The notes beneath the pieces are model-generated. The model was not told the DNA's origin. It ran no database searches and was given only the letters and a program-made list of their open reading frames with translations. A stretch of DNA of 64,000 nucleotides. Source: Candidatus Latescibacterota bacterium. GTDB taxonomy: Bacteria > Latescibacterota > UBA2968 > UBA8231. A program made the translations under genes and the position numbers. The stretch spans positions 4,128,001 through 4,192,000 of the forward strand of contig OZ242214.1 of the NCBI GenBank assembly GCA_965206595.1, written 5' to 3'. Position 1 is the stretch's first letter, and the number at the start of each line of letters is the position of its first letter. Shown piece by piece: positions 39,947-48,685 of the stretch.

Positions 39947-40468
39947 ATGAACGATCGGCATACGGAAGCAGGGGATTCCTACACGGACGCCAAGGGCCGC
40001 AAGCGCTGGCACAGAAACGACTGGCTGGCGGAGGAGCTGGTGCGACTGCACGATTTCCTAGTAATAGGCGGGTACGAGGAAACCCACGCCGCGGTCTACA
40101 AGCGGCTTTTCTACACCATATCGCGGTACCCCGAGCCAATGGACCGGCTGCACGCCGATGGCCGCCTCGGCGAGATCCCCGACGTCGGGCCGACGATCGC
40201 GGAGCTGATCGGCGAGTACCTGCGGACCGGCACCTGCGCCAAGAAAGAGGAGTGGGCGGAGCACAGGCCTGTCACCCTCCTCGAAATCGCCGAGGTGCCG
40301 GGACTGGGTGCGAAGATGGCACGCACCCTGTATTCCGAGCACGGCATCGGCAGCCTCGATGCCCTCGAGTCCGCCCTGGCCTCGGGGAAACTGGACCGGG
40401 TCAAGGGGCTCGGGGCCAAAACCCGGGAGAAGATCGCCCGCCACGTCGCCGGGCGGCGGGCGGAATGA
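39947..40468 (+). CDS. Stand-alone helix-hairpin-helix protein resembling the N-terminal half of DNA polymerase X
   Basis: Three HhH motifs (IPDVGPTIA, VPGLGAKMA, VKGLGAKT) and GIGSLDAL; no palm or PHP domain. Confidence 0.8.
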   Translation: MNDRHTEAGDSYTDAKGRKRWHRNDWLAEELVRLHDFLVIGGYEETHAAVYKRLFYTISRYPEPMDRLHADGRLGEIPDVGPTIAELIGEYLRTGTCAKKEEWAEHRPVTLLEIAEVPGLGAKMARTLYSEHGIGSLDALESALASGKLDRVKGLGAKTREKIARHVAGRRAE

Positions 40469-40477
40469 GAAACCCCC

Positions 40478-41482
40478 TTATCGCGGGGCTGCGAACAGAA
40501 AGGACAACAGCGAGAATCGCTCCCCCGAGGTCACCGGGAGCACCTCGTGCAGAAGCGAGCTGGAAAAGAGGATGGCCGACCCGGCCCGGGGGCGATACAG
40601 GTCCGGTCCGTACTCGGGAAAGCGCAGCTCCCCCCCCTCGAAGCCGCCGTTGAGGTTGACGGTGAGCCCGAAACGGCGGTGCGCTGTCGCCGGGCTGAGG
40701 TTGTCCCGGTGGGCGTGGAAGAAGCCGCCATCAGCAGAGTCGTAGCAGACGATCTTGAACCCCTCGAAGCGGCTGGCTCGGTAGGCGAAGGCCTTCTGCA
40801 GTTCGGGGATGACGCGGCGCCCGACATGGGCGGTCAGCCGCTGCAACAGCCCGGGATCGGTGACGATGTGGTCGCGGCGCCGCTTGCGGTCCCCGGCGAC
40901 GACATCGACGCGGCGCCCCGCGAGGCTCGCCTCCACCCCGGTGGCCGCGGACCCATCATGCCGCCACTTCGAGATCAGCTCGGCGCACCAGGCCTCGTCG
41001 AGCACCCTCGGGACGATGAGCACCGGGGCCGGGGATTCGACAAGCCGCCCTTCCCGTTCGCTGCAGGCGGCAGCGAGGATCCGGGCGACCTCTTCTGCAG
41101 CACCGGCCGGGTTACCCAGGCCGAACCACCCGAGGATGCGCAGGTTCTCGTCGAGGAGGCAGACACTCGGTTTTTTCGAGGCGACCCCGTACGGCTCGCT
41201 GACCGCGGTTCCGGGCTCGGTGAAGGTGTCGAAGGAGAACTGCGTTTCCCCGCTTCCGCTGTCGCGGCCGGAAATGACCCCCAGGATCTCCACCCTGGCC
41301 GCGCACTGGCGGGTCAGGGCCGTGGCGAACGCCTCGGCCGCGGCCCCCTGTGAGGGCTCGGCAAAGATCAGCGCGCAGGGGGTGCCGCCGCCGCGGCCGT
41401 AGAACCGCACCGGGTCCCCGGAGGGGAAGGGCAGGGCGAAGTCCGGGGCGCGCAGGCCAGCCGCCAAGGGACCGCGGCTCAT
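40478..41482 (-). CDS. Redoxin-like N-terminus fused to a 2OG-Fe(II) oxygenase (prolyl-hydroxylase-like)
   Basis: APDFALP...LLDENLR; HRDN, NLN..FEGGELRFPEYG and LLHEVLPVTSGERF. Confidence 0.85.
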   Translation of the reverse strand: MSRGPLAAGLRAPDFALPFPSGDPVRFYGRGGGTPCALIFAEPSQGAAAEAFATALTRQCAARVEILGVISGRDSGSGETQFSFDTFTEPGTAVSEPYGVASKKPSVCLLDENLRILGWFGLGNPAGAAEEVARILAAACSEREGRLVESPAPVLIVPRVLDEAWCAELISKWRHDGSAATGVEASLAGRRVDVVAGDRKRRRDHIVTDPGLLQRLTAHVGRRVIPELQKAFAYRASRFEGFKIVCYDSADGGFFHAHRDNLSPATAHRRFGLTVNLNGGFEGGELRFPEYGPDLYRPRAGSAILFSSSLLHEVLPVTSGERFSLLSFLFAAPR

Positions 41483-41765
41483 CGGCGCCGACCCCGGGGA
41501 AAGGAAGCCCTCCGGGCACTGCAGGGGCCCTTAGGCGTCGGCCGCATGTGGGCTCGGTTCTCTCACGGCGACCCATGCCTTGCAGCCGGGCCGCCCGTGG
41601 AGGCGGCCTCCGTGCCGGGCAGGAAGATTCCCGGGCGCACCGTGTCCCCTGCCGCGCGCGGCAAGATGCGATGGTTTATTATTTCGACGCCGATCTGGTT
41701 GAAGGCGCTGCTGAAGATCGGATTTTCGAGCGGCATGGCATCTTCCTTGCGGTGAGCGACAAAAC

Positions 41766-42992
41766 ATGAAAGTGCCCTTTCCCCCTGGCAAGCAGATCGC
41801 CGGCATTCCACTGCTGCTGGCCGCTGTCCTTGCCGGCTGCTACACCCACTCCGGCCAGCCGGGGGACTCCGCTCCCGGGATCAGCTACCTCGACGAACGT
41901 TCGCTCGGGGGCGCCGTCGCGATGGAAGGCCATGTCGTCCTCCTTCACCTCGAAAGCCCGGAGGCGGAGCAGGCCCATCGCGGCGATACGGGAGAAATCG
42001 GTACTGACGTGATTCCCCTTGTCTTCGAGCGCCGGTCGCAGCGAACCCTGCGCATCGGAAGCTGGGCCCACCCTTCGAGCAGGGTCGAGCTGATCGATGC
42101 CTCGGGGACGGTTCTGCTCCGCGCCGGCGCGGCCTCGCCGTCAGCTACCGCCGATATTCCCCGGGGGCGCTACCGGCTGTGCGTATCCCAGGGCGAGGGA
42201 CGCCGGGGGGTAGGGACGCTGTTTATGCGGGCAGATCCCGACACGATGGTGGTTTCCAAGGACTGCCGCGGATGCCGCCTGTCCGGAGCGGATCTCGGGA
42301 GGGCGCGCCTGGCCGCCGCGGACCTGGGCGGCGCCGAACTGCGCGCCGCGAACCTCACCTCCGCCGACCTTACGGAGTCCCGGCTTTCCGGGGCCAACCT
42401 GCGGGGAGCGGTGGTCAACCGGGCGCGCCTTTCAGGGGCGGCCCTGCGGCAGACCGATCTCACGGGGGCAGACCTGATCGCCAGCGACCTGTCCGGGGCC
42501 GATCTCGGGAAGGCGGTAGCCCGCGACGCCAGCTTCGACAGCACCAGCATGGAAGAGGCCGACCTCTCAGGCGCCGACCTGACGGGGGCGACCCTGCGGG
42601 GTGCCGTGCTCAGCGGCGCGGACCTGCGCGGCGCCCGCTTCGTGGGCTCGGAGCTCGACGGGGCGGTCATGAGGTCCGCTGACCTGGGAAACGCCGACTT
42701 CGGAGGCGCGCGGCTCGTGGGGGTCGACCTGGGGGATGCTCTCATCGACAAGGTCGACTTCATCGCTGCCGATCTGCGCCGGGCCAACCTGAAGGGGGCC
42801 CGCCTGGGACGGGTCAAGCTCCGGGGTTGCAGTCTGATCGGTGCCACATGGACGGACGGGACCGTCTGCGGTCACGGATCGGAAGGGCGCTGTGTTCCGA
42901 TGTCTCCGGGAATGCTGCTGCCTGGGCTGGTCCAGTCAGTGGTGCCCGCGGATAGCGGGGGAGCCGAAGTTCCCCGGAGGTCAGGCAAGTGA
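41766..42992 (+). CDS. Pentapeptide-repeat lipoprotein
   Basis: Lipobox LAG-C; long A(D/N)LxG run bounded by CRGC and TWTDGTVC...C. Confidence 0.88.
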   Translation: MKVPFPPGKQIAGIPLLLAAVLAGCYTHSGQPGDSAPGISYLDERSLGGAVAMEGHVVLLHLESPEAEQAHRGDTGEIGTDVIPLVFERRSQRTLRIGSWAHPSSRVELIDASGTVLLRAGAASPSATADIPRGRYRLCVSQGEGRRGVGTLFMRADPDTMVVSKDCRGCRLSGADLGRARLAAADLGGAELRAANLTSADLTESRLSGANLRGAVVNRARLSGAALRQTDLTGADLIASDLSGADLGKAVARDASFDSTSMEEADLSGADLTGATLRGAVLSGADLRGARFVGSELDGAVMRSADLGNADFGGARLVGVDLGDALIDKVDFIAADLRRANLKGARLGRVKLRGCSLIGATWTDGTVCGHGSEGRCVPMSPGMLLPGLVQSVVPADSGGAEVPRRSGK

Positions 42993-43555
42993 ACGGAATT
43001 ACCGGAAGCATCGCGGCGAGCTGTCTTTCCCGCCTTCGCCGGCTGGCCCTGGCGGCCGCAGTCGGATCGTGTCTTTTTCTCACCGCCGCAGCCTCGGCGG
43101 CTCCGAAATCGCAGTTCACGCTGCCGACTCTCGACGGCGGGCAGTTCTCCCTGCAGGAGGCCCTGAAGCAGGGTCCGGTGGTTCTCGATTTCTGGGCGAC
43201 CTGGTGCAAGCCGTGCATCAAGGCGCTGCCGAAGCTGCAGAAAATCGCCGAGGAGTACCGGGAGCGCGGGGTCGGGGTTTACACCGTGAACACCGATGGG
43301 CCGCGCAACCAGCCCAAGGTGCGGCCGTTCCTGAAGCGCCACCGGCTCGAGCTGCCGGTACTCTTCGACCACACGAGGCAGGTGATGAAGCAGTTTCAGC
43401 TCTCCGTCCTTCCGGCGACGATGATCATCTCGACCGAAGGGGCAGTCGTGTACAAGCACGTGGGGTACAAACCAGGCGACGAAACCGGGCTCCGCGACAA
43501 GCTGGCGGAGCTGCTGTCAGTGCAACTCGATTCCACGGAAAGCAGGAGCGAATGA
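42989..43555 (+). CDS. TlpA/ResA-type exported disulfide reductase
   Basis: Signal peptide; DFWATWCKPC; cis-Pro loop LPAT; GTG start overlaps the upstream stop. Confidence 0.9.
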   Translation: MNGITGSIAASCLSRLRRLALAAAVGSCLFLTAAASAAPKSQFTLPTLDGGQFSLQEALKQGPVVLDFWATWCKPCIKALPKLQKIAEEYRERGVGVYTVNTDGPRNQPKVRPFLKRHRLELPVLFDHTRQVMKQFQLSVLPATMIISTEGAVVYKHVGYKPGDETGLRDKLAELLSVQLDSTESRSE

Positions 43556-44436
43556 AAACCCCGATCAGGCGTAGATGGCGGTCGGCCGGCGCGGCGATCG
43601 CGTGCGGTGCCTTTCTGATTTGCGGGCCGAACGGCGCCGAAGCCCAGGTGACCATCGGCGATATCGCCCCCGAGTTCGAGCTCGAAACAGTGGACGGTCA
43701 GTTCGTCTCGCTGAGCGACTTCCGCGACGAAAAGGTTGTCTTTCTCAATATTTTGGGGAACACCTGACCGTACTGTATCGCGGGGGCCGCGAATTCCGAA
43801 GCAATATGGCAGGACTACGGGGGCGACGGCTTCATCGCACTCGGCATCGACATCTGGAACGCCAGTCCCGCTGGCGTCCAGGCAGTATGGATCGACGACG
43901 GGCTGGCCACCTACCCGCTGCTCGTCAACGGTTCCAGTGTCGGCAGCGACTACGGCGTCGGGCAGGACCACTACTTCGTGATCGATCACGAGGGGATCGT
44001 CCGCTACCGGTCCGGCTCCGGCCCGCTCGGCGAACGCTTCGTCGACGGGGAGATCCGCGAGGCAATCGAAGCCTCTCTCGAGGACCTCGCCGACTTCCTG
44101 GAGGATGAGCAAGCGGTGGAGGAAGTGACCACGGAGGTAGCGGCGGGGCCACAGCTTCCTGCCCGGTTCGAGGTGGGGCACGTATACCCGAATCCCTTCA
44201 ATTCCGAAACCACGCTCTCGTTCACGGTGAGGGCGGCAGGATCGCTGACCCTGATGTTGTACGATCTGCGCGGCCGGGTGGTACGCGACTGGTCGGGGCA
44301 TTTCGAGGCCGGAAGGAACTCCCTGACCTGGGACGGCCGTGACCAGGACGGAAATGCTCTTGCCAGCGGGGTGTACATCGCATCGGCGCGGCAGGGGGGC
44401 AGCGCGATAGCGCGCAAGATCACCCTGCTGAAGTAG
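43552..44436 (+). CDS. Probable selenoprotein: exported AhpC/TSA-type redoxin (UxxC) with a C-terminal FlgD/T9SS-like Ig domain
   Basis: One reading frame from ATG 43552 through TGA 43765-43767 (codon 72): ...APEFELETVDGQFVSLSDFRDEKVVFLNILGNT-U-PYC...FIALGID...YPLL...YGV...YFVIDHEGIVRY...YPNPFN...YDLRGRVVR...WDGRD..G..LASGVY...KITLLK. Confidence 0.85.
43768..43794 (+). promoter_or_regulatory. Candidate bacterial SECIS hairpin
   Basis: TCGCGG-GGG-CCGCGA stem-loop (43778-43792) with a G-rich loop starting 16 nt after the TGA. Confidence 0.6.
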
Positions 44437-44471
44437 CCGGAATCCTCGGCACGACGTCCAGCGAAGGCCGC

Positions 44472-45221
44472 CTACTCCACCAGGGACTCGCGGAGGCTTG
44501 CGATCTGCAGGTCGGAAAGCCCGGCAGAGCGGGCGAACCCCTCGGCCCCTCCGTACCGGGAGTCGAGGAAGCCGAGGACCTTGAGCATGCCTGCGGGCGG
44601 GCAAAACTCCCGCTGGTAGTCGCGCCAGTCGCGAAGTTCGGCTCCGTCCTCGACCTCTGGCGGCTCCGCCTGCCAGCGTTCCCACAGGTACCTCGCAGTC
44701 AGGCCGTAGTCCGCGGCGATGGTCTCCTCAGGCACTCCTGCCATCCTGAGAAGCAGGGCGCTGATCACACCGGTGCGGTCCTTGCCCCCGGCACAGTGGT
44801 ACAGGGCGGGCAGGGCTTCGGCCTCGGCCAGAGTCGCCAGCACCTGGCCGACCTGGCGAGGACGATGCTCCAGCCAGGAGGAGTACGAGCCGAAGATCTT
44901 GTCCGCGGGGGTGCCGACGGCCATGGAATAGGGGATCGGCTCGTCGCCTACGAGGTTGTGGTGGCGGTAGGTCACCTGCCCGGAGTCGGCGAAGACGTTG
45001 GGCCGGTCCGCAAGCTCCTGGGACTGGCGCAGGTCGATGACGGTGCGCAACCCGAGCCCGAGGAGGGTCTGCTGGTCGTCGGCCGTCAGCCGGTGCATGC
45101 TGTCGGCGCGGAAGAAGGTGCGCCACCGCACCCGGCGCCCGTCCGCCGTGGGATAACCTCCTGAATCCCGGATGTTCCAGGCCCCTTCCATTTCGATTCT
45201 GCGACTGGGTTCCGCGCTCAT
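44472..45221 (-). CDS. Tyrosine/lipid phosphatase (Y_phosphatase3 family)
   Basis: NIRDSGGY, FRAD, IDLR, P-loop HCAGGKDRTG and IAADY. Confidence 0.9.
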   Translation of the reverse strand: MSAEPSRRIEMEGAWNIRDSGGYPTADGRRVRWRTFFRADSMHRLTADDQQTLLGLGLRTVIDLRQSQELADRPNVFADSGQVTYRHHNLVGDEPIPYSMAVGTPADKIFGSYSSWLEHRPRQVGQVLATLAEAEALPALYHCAGGKDRTGVISALLLRMAGVPEETIAADYGLTARYLWERWQAEPPEVEDGAELRDWRDYQREFCPPAGMLKVLGFLDSRYGGAEGFARSAGLSDLQIASLRESLVE

Positions 45222-45373
45222 TGCTCCCCCTTTCCGTGTGTGGGGTTGGTAGTTTCTACAGTACGAAAAATGGCCGGGGCCGAAGTAGCCCGCAGCGGTT
45301 TGTTCGAGATCGGTGAAGGCCTGGGGATTGAGAGCGCGGTGTTCGGGCATGCTCCGAGGTCTCCCTGCTGCCG

Positions 45374-46933
45374 CTACAGCACCCTGCTCGTCAGACGTAT
45401 CTCCACCCCTTCGAACCCTAGCACCTCGTAGCAGGTCCCCCCGGTACAGGCCAGCCCGGTGCGCCGTTTTCCCGCGAACAGGTTCGCCGTGTGGGCGTCG
45501 CGGAACAGCCAGCTCGTCCCCAGGGCCCACCAGTAGGTCACCCCCGACTCGGAGGCCCCGATCTCCAGCGGGTCGTTGGACCTCTGGAGCTGCAGCGACC
45601 AGGTCCAGGCCGGATAGCGGGTTACCTCGGCCGCGGCATGCAGGTTTTCGTAAGGGAACCGCCTGCTGCCGAAGCGGCGGTCGACGTCCTGGAACTGCAG
45701 GTCCGCGGCGACGGAGTAGCGCCTGCCCGCGGACCAGTCCCACCGGGTGCCGGCGGTAATCCGCCGCTCGTTCTGGAGTATGCGGCTGCGCGCGAAGTCG
45801 AGGAAACCCTGCCCGTGAAACGTCTCGCCGACCGGGGAATCGAGCTGCAGGAAGTACTCGCTCAGCGACTTCGCCTCCTCCCCGGGACGGGAGCCCCTGC
45901 GGGTGGCCAGGTTCCAGGCGGCGATAAGCCCGACCTGCCGCGGCAGGGCCCAGGTCAGCTCCGCCTGGATTCCGGTTTCGTCGTCAGGGAGCAAGGTGTG
46001 CGTCTGCCGGTTGAGGAGGAAGGCCTCGTGCTCCCGGATCAGGGTAGGCGGGTTGTTGATCGTGGGAAAGTTGAAGTCGTCGTAATCCTTGAGCTCCAGG
46101 CTCAGCCCCCAGGCGCCGCCGGTGAAGGTGCTGGCGAGGTAGAGCCCCCGCGCGTGCTCGCGGTCGAGGGAGAACCAGCTGTCGAGGGCCGGATCGATAC
46201 GGGCGTACTCGCCGTACAGATCGCCGTACCAATCCCGCAACCCGAGCGCTTTCAGCAGGGAACCGAAACGGACCCGGGCATGGGTGGTGGCGCCGCGCTC
46301 TTCGCCGTCGAAATCGAGCACCCCCATGCCGACCTCGAATTCCGCCCAGGGTCGGGCGCTGAAGGCCCCCCCGGAAACGCGCCCGCCGCGGCGCTCGGGG
46401 CCCTTCTGGCCGGGGGCGAGCTCGCTGTCCACCGGGCTGCCGGTGAGCAGCAGCAGGTCGACGTCTCCCCGGCGGTAGCGGACCTGGAAACCGCCGAGGT
46501 CCTGCGTGATCTGGTAGCGCCTCCGGGAGACGCGGTTTTCGGTGACGACTCCGGGAAGCTCGAAGGCGTGCAACAGCAGTCCGCTGCCGACGAGGGTGAG
46601 GTAGGTCCCCGCGATCGCCTCGAAACCTCCCTGCCGGTAGGAGAGGGAGCGCTGGGCGAGATGGAAGTAGTCGCGCCCGCCTTCGCTGGAGCGGAACGCC
46701 TCGCTGCGCAGGCTGGCGAGAAAACCTTCGGTTTCAAAGCCAAAATTCAGCTGCTGGTAGACCGTGCGCAGATCGCCGGGCTCCGACCCGGGCAGGTTGC
46801 CGAGTTGGTACTCGTGATGGGCGGTCAGCTGCGGCTGGGAAGTAGCAGGTCCCGCGGCGGCCAGCATGCCGGCCAGGAACGAACAGGCGAGTCGCCGGAG
46901 GGGGGATGGAGCTTTATCTGCTTTCTGCGGCAT
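45374..46933 (-). CDS. DUF6029-like outer-membrane protein with a C-terminal CxxxxC
   Basis: Signal peptide, alternating beta-strand pattern, GSGLLL, ELKDY, NNPPTL.REH, E.GIQ and GKRRTGLACTGGTCYEVLGFEG; family assignment from memory. Confidence 0.7.
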   Translation of the reverse strand: MPQKADKAPSPLRRLACSFLAGMLAAAGPATSQPQLTAHHEYQLGNLPGSEPGDLRTVYQQLNFGFETEGFLASLRSEAFRSSEGGRDYFHLAQRSLSYRQGGFEAIAGTYLTLVGSGLLLHAFELPGVVTENRVSRRRYQITQDLGGFQVRYRRGDVDLLLLTGSPVDSELAPGQKGPERRGGRVSGGAFSARPWAEFEVGMGVLDFDGEERGATTHARVRFGSLLKALGLRDWYGDLYGEYARIDPALDSWFSLDREHARGLYLASTFTGGAWGLSLELKDYDDFNFPTINNPPTLIREHEAFLLNRQTHTLLPDDETGIQAELTWALPRQVGLIAAWNLATRRGSRPGEEAKSLSEYFLQLDSPVGETFHGQGFLDFARSRILQNERRITAGTRWDWSAGRRYSVAADLQFQDVDRRFGSRRFPYENLHAAAEVTRYPAWTWSLQLQRSNDPLEIGASESGVTYWWALGTSWLFRDAHTANLFAGKRRTGLACTGGTCYEVLGFEGVEIRLTSRVL

Positions 46934-46980
46934 CGTAGTTTCTCGACATAAGAAGACAAGCGATTCGGCGGATAGGCTCA

Positions 46981-47766
46981 ATGGAGCGAAGCGTTTTCGA
47001 GGGACTGGATGGGAAGCAGGCGGGGCGGCGTTCGGCCAAACCGCGGTCGGCAGGCCTTACCATGGTCGTCGACTGGGGAATGGGATCGAACCGGCAGAGG
47101 GACCTGCAGGATGCCGGCGGTCCCTTCATCGATTTTGCGAAGGTGGCGGTCGGAGTTTCCCGGCTCCTTCCCGGCTCCCTGCTGCAGGGCAAGATCGACT
47201 CCTATCTCGCCGGGGACATAGAGCCGTTTCCGGGAGGACAGTACCTGGAGTATGCGGAAACGGAAGGGAAGCTCGAGCGCTATTTCGAGGCGGTCGCCGA
47301 GGCCGGTTATCGCTGGGTCGAGGTCTCCGACAACCTGCTGCCTGCCACCGCGTCCTGGAAGGAGACGACCATCCGCAGGGCCCGGGAGGAATTCGGCCTG
47401 AACGTCCTCGGGGAGGTCGGCAGGAAGGAGGGGCTCGAAAACTCCATACCCCTGTCCGACAACGCCAGGATATGCCTCGAAGCCGGGGCCCAGCTCATCC
47501 TGCTGGAGGCGGCCGAACTGCTGGCGGGCGACAGCGCCACATTGGCAGCGGTCGAGGATATCGTCGTCGCGGCCGGTCTCGAAAAGGTGATGTTCGAGCT
47601 TCCCGGTCCCTGGATCGGGGGGGTGACCGCGAGCGACGTCCATCGCATCCGGCGCGAGCTGATCGACCGCTATGGAACCGAGGTCAATTTCGGCAACGTC
47701 GCTGCCGACGACCTTATGTCGCTCGAGGCTTACCGCCGCGGCCTGGGCATCAACGCCGGCAGCTGA
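46981..47766 (+). CDS. comA: (2R)-phospho-3-sulfolactate synthase family protein
   Basis: KPR..GLTMVVDWG, IDFAK, PGG..LE, EVSD, EVGRK, FE.P, VNFGNV and LEAYRRGL. Confidence 0.88.
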   Translation: MERSVFEGLDGKQAGRRSAKPRSAGLTMVVDWGMGSNRQRDLQDAGGPFIDFAKVAVGVSRLLPGSLLQGKIDSYLAGDIEPFPGGQYLEYAETEGKLERYFEAVAEAGYRWVEVSDNLLPATASWKETTIRRAREEFGLNVLGEVGRKEGLENSIPLSDNARICLEAGAQLILLEAAELLAGDSATLAAVEDIVVAAGLEKVMFELPGPWIGGVTASDVHRIRRELIDRYGTEVNFGNVAADDLMSLEAYRRGLGINAGS

Positions 47767-47839
47767 TCGGCCGGGGGCGAACCGCAATGACACCCAGTCG
47801 ATCCGCGTCCGGGTCAGCGAACCCCGCAGGCAGCAGTTC

Positions 47840-48685
47840 ATGAGGTCGGCCACCGCCTTCGCCCCAGGCAGCATTTCCGGTCTCTTCAAGATCATCGCCG
47901 ACGCCGACCCGGAGAAGATGCACTCCCTCGGGCTCAGCTTCACCGTTGCCGAGGGGGCCGAGGTCACCGTTTCGGAAGCCTCGCGCACCGCCGTCGCCTT
48001 CAACGGAGAGGAGATCCGCTTCCCGACCGTGGCGACCCTGGCAAGGCGGCTGAGCGACCGCGATTTCCACGTCGCCGTCGAGTCGGCCCTGCCGCTGAGC
48101 TGCGGATTTGGCCTGAGCGGGGCCTCCGCCCTCGCCGCGGCGTACGCCATCGATCGCCTGCTCGGCCTCGGCATGGCCGCAGAAGAGCTGGCACTGCACG
48201 CCCACGTGGCCGAGGTGGAGAACCTGACCGGGCTCGGGGACGTCTGCGCGCAGTACCACGGCGGATGCCTGGTCAAGCTGGCCCCCGGGTCTCCGCTGGT
48301 GGCACAGCGCCTCGGAGTGGCGGAGGGGGCGCCCATCCATTTCCGGTATTTCGGGCCGATAAGCACCCGGGAGGTGCTGTCCGATCCTCACCGCCGCGCC
48401 TCGGTGAACCAGGCCGCGGACGCCGCCCTGCGGCAGCTGTCCGGGCTCACCGACCGGGACGAGGTACCCATCGCCGAATGCGTGCGCATCTCCAGGCAGT
48501 TCGCCGGGGACAGCGGCCTGATGACCGATCCCCGGGTCAGGGAGGCGGTCGCTTCGGTGGAAGCCTCGGGAGGGGCGGCCTCGATGATCATGCTCGGGCA
48601 CGCCGTCTTCAGCACCGTCCCGTTCGCAGGCTCGACCGAGACGGCGCTGGCGCTCGACCCCGCCAGGGTGCAGGACGGACCATGA
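47840..48685 (+). CDS. Archaeal-type pantoate kinase (GHMP superfamily)
   Basis: AFAPGSISGLF, GHMP loop LPLSCGFGLSGASAL, AHVAEVENLTGLGDV and ASMIMLGHAVF. Confidence 0.88.
   Translation: MRSATAFAPGSISGLFKIIADADPEKMHSLGLSFTVAEGAEVTVSEASRTAVAFNGEEIRFPTVATLARRLSDRDFHVAVESALPLSCGFGLSGASALAAAYAIDRLLGLGMAAEELALHAHVAEVENLTGLGDVCAQYHGGCLVKLAPGSPLVAQRLGVAEGAPIHFRYFGPISTREVLSDPHRRASVNQAADAALRQLSGLTDRDEVPIAECVRISRQFAGDSGLMTDPRVREAVASVEASGGAASMIMLGHAVFSTVPFAGSTETALALDPARVQDGP

Noticed and set aside
41483-41765. SRP RNA-like GGAAAGGAAGC segment
   Set aside because: It lacks the surrounding conserved SRP helix sequence, so the call is not supportable.
43765-43767. TGA as a nonsense mutation or as genetic-code reassignment
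   Set aside because: It falls exactly on the redox-active position and has a downstream hairpin, while TGA ends many other genes normally. Sec decoding is the better explanation, though it is unproven.
46981-47766. Coenzyme M biosynthesis or methanogen origin
   Set aside because: No comB-E is in the window, ComA homologues are widespread in bacteria, and the surrounding genes are bacterial.
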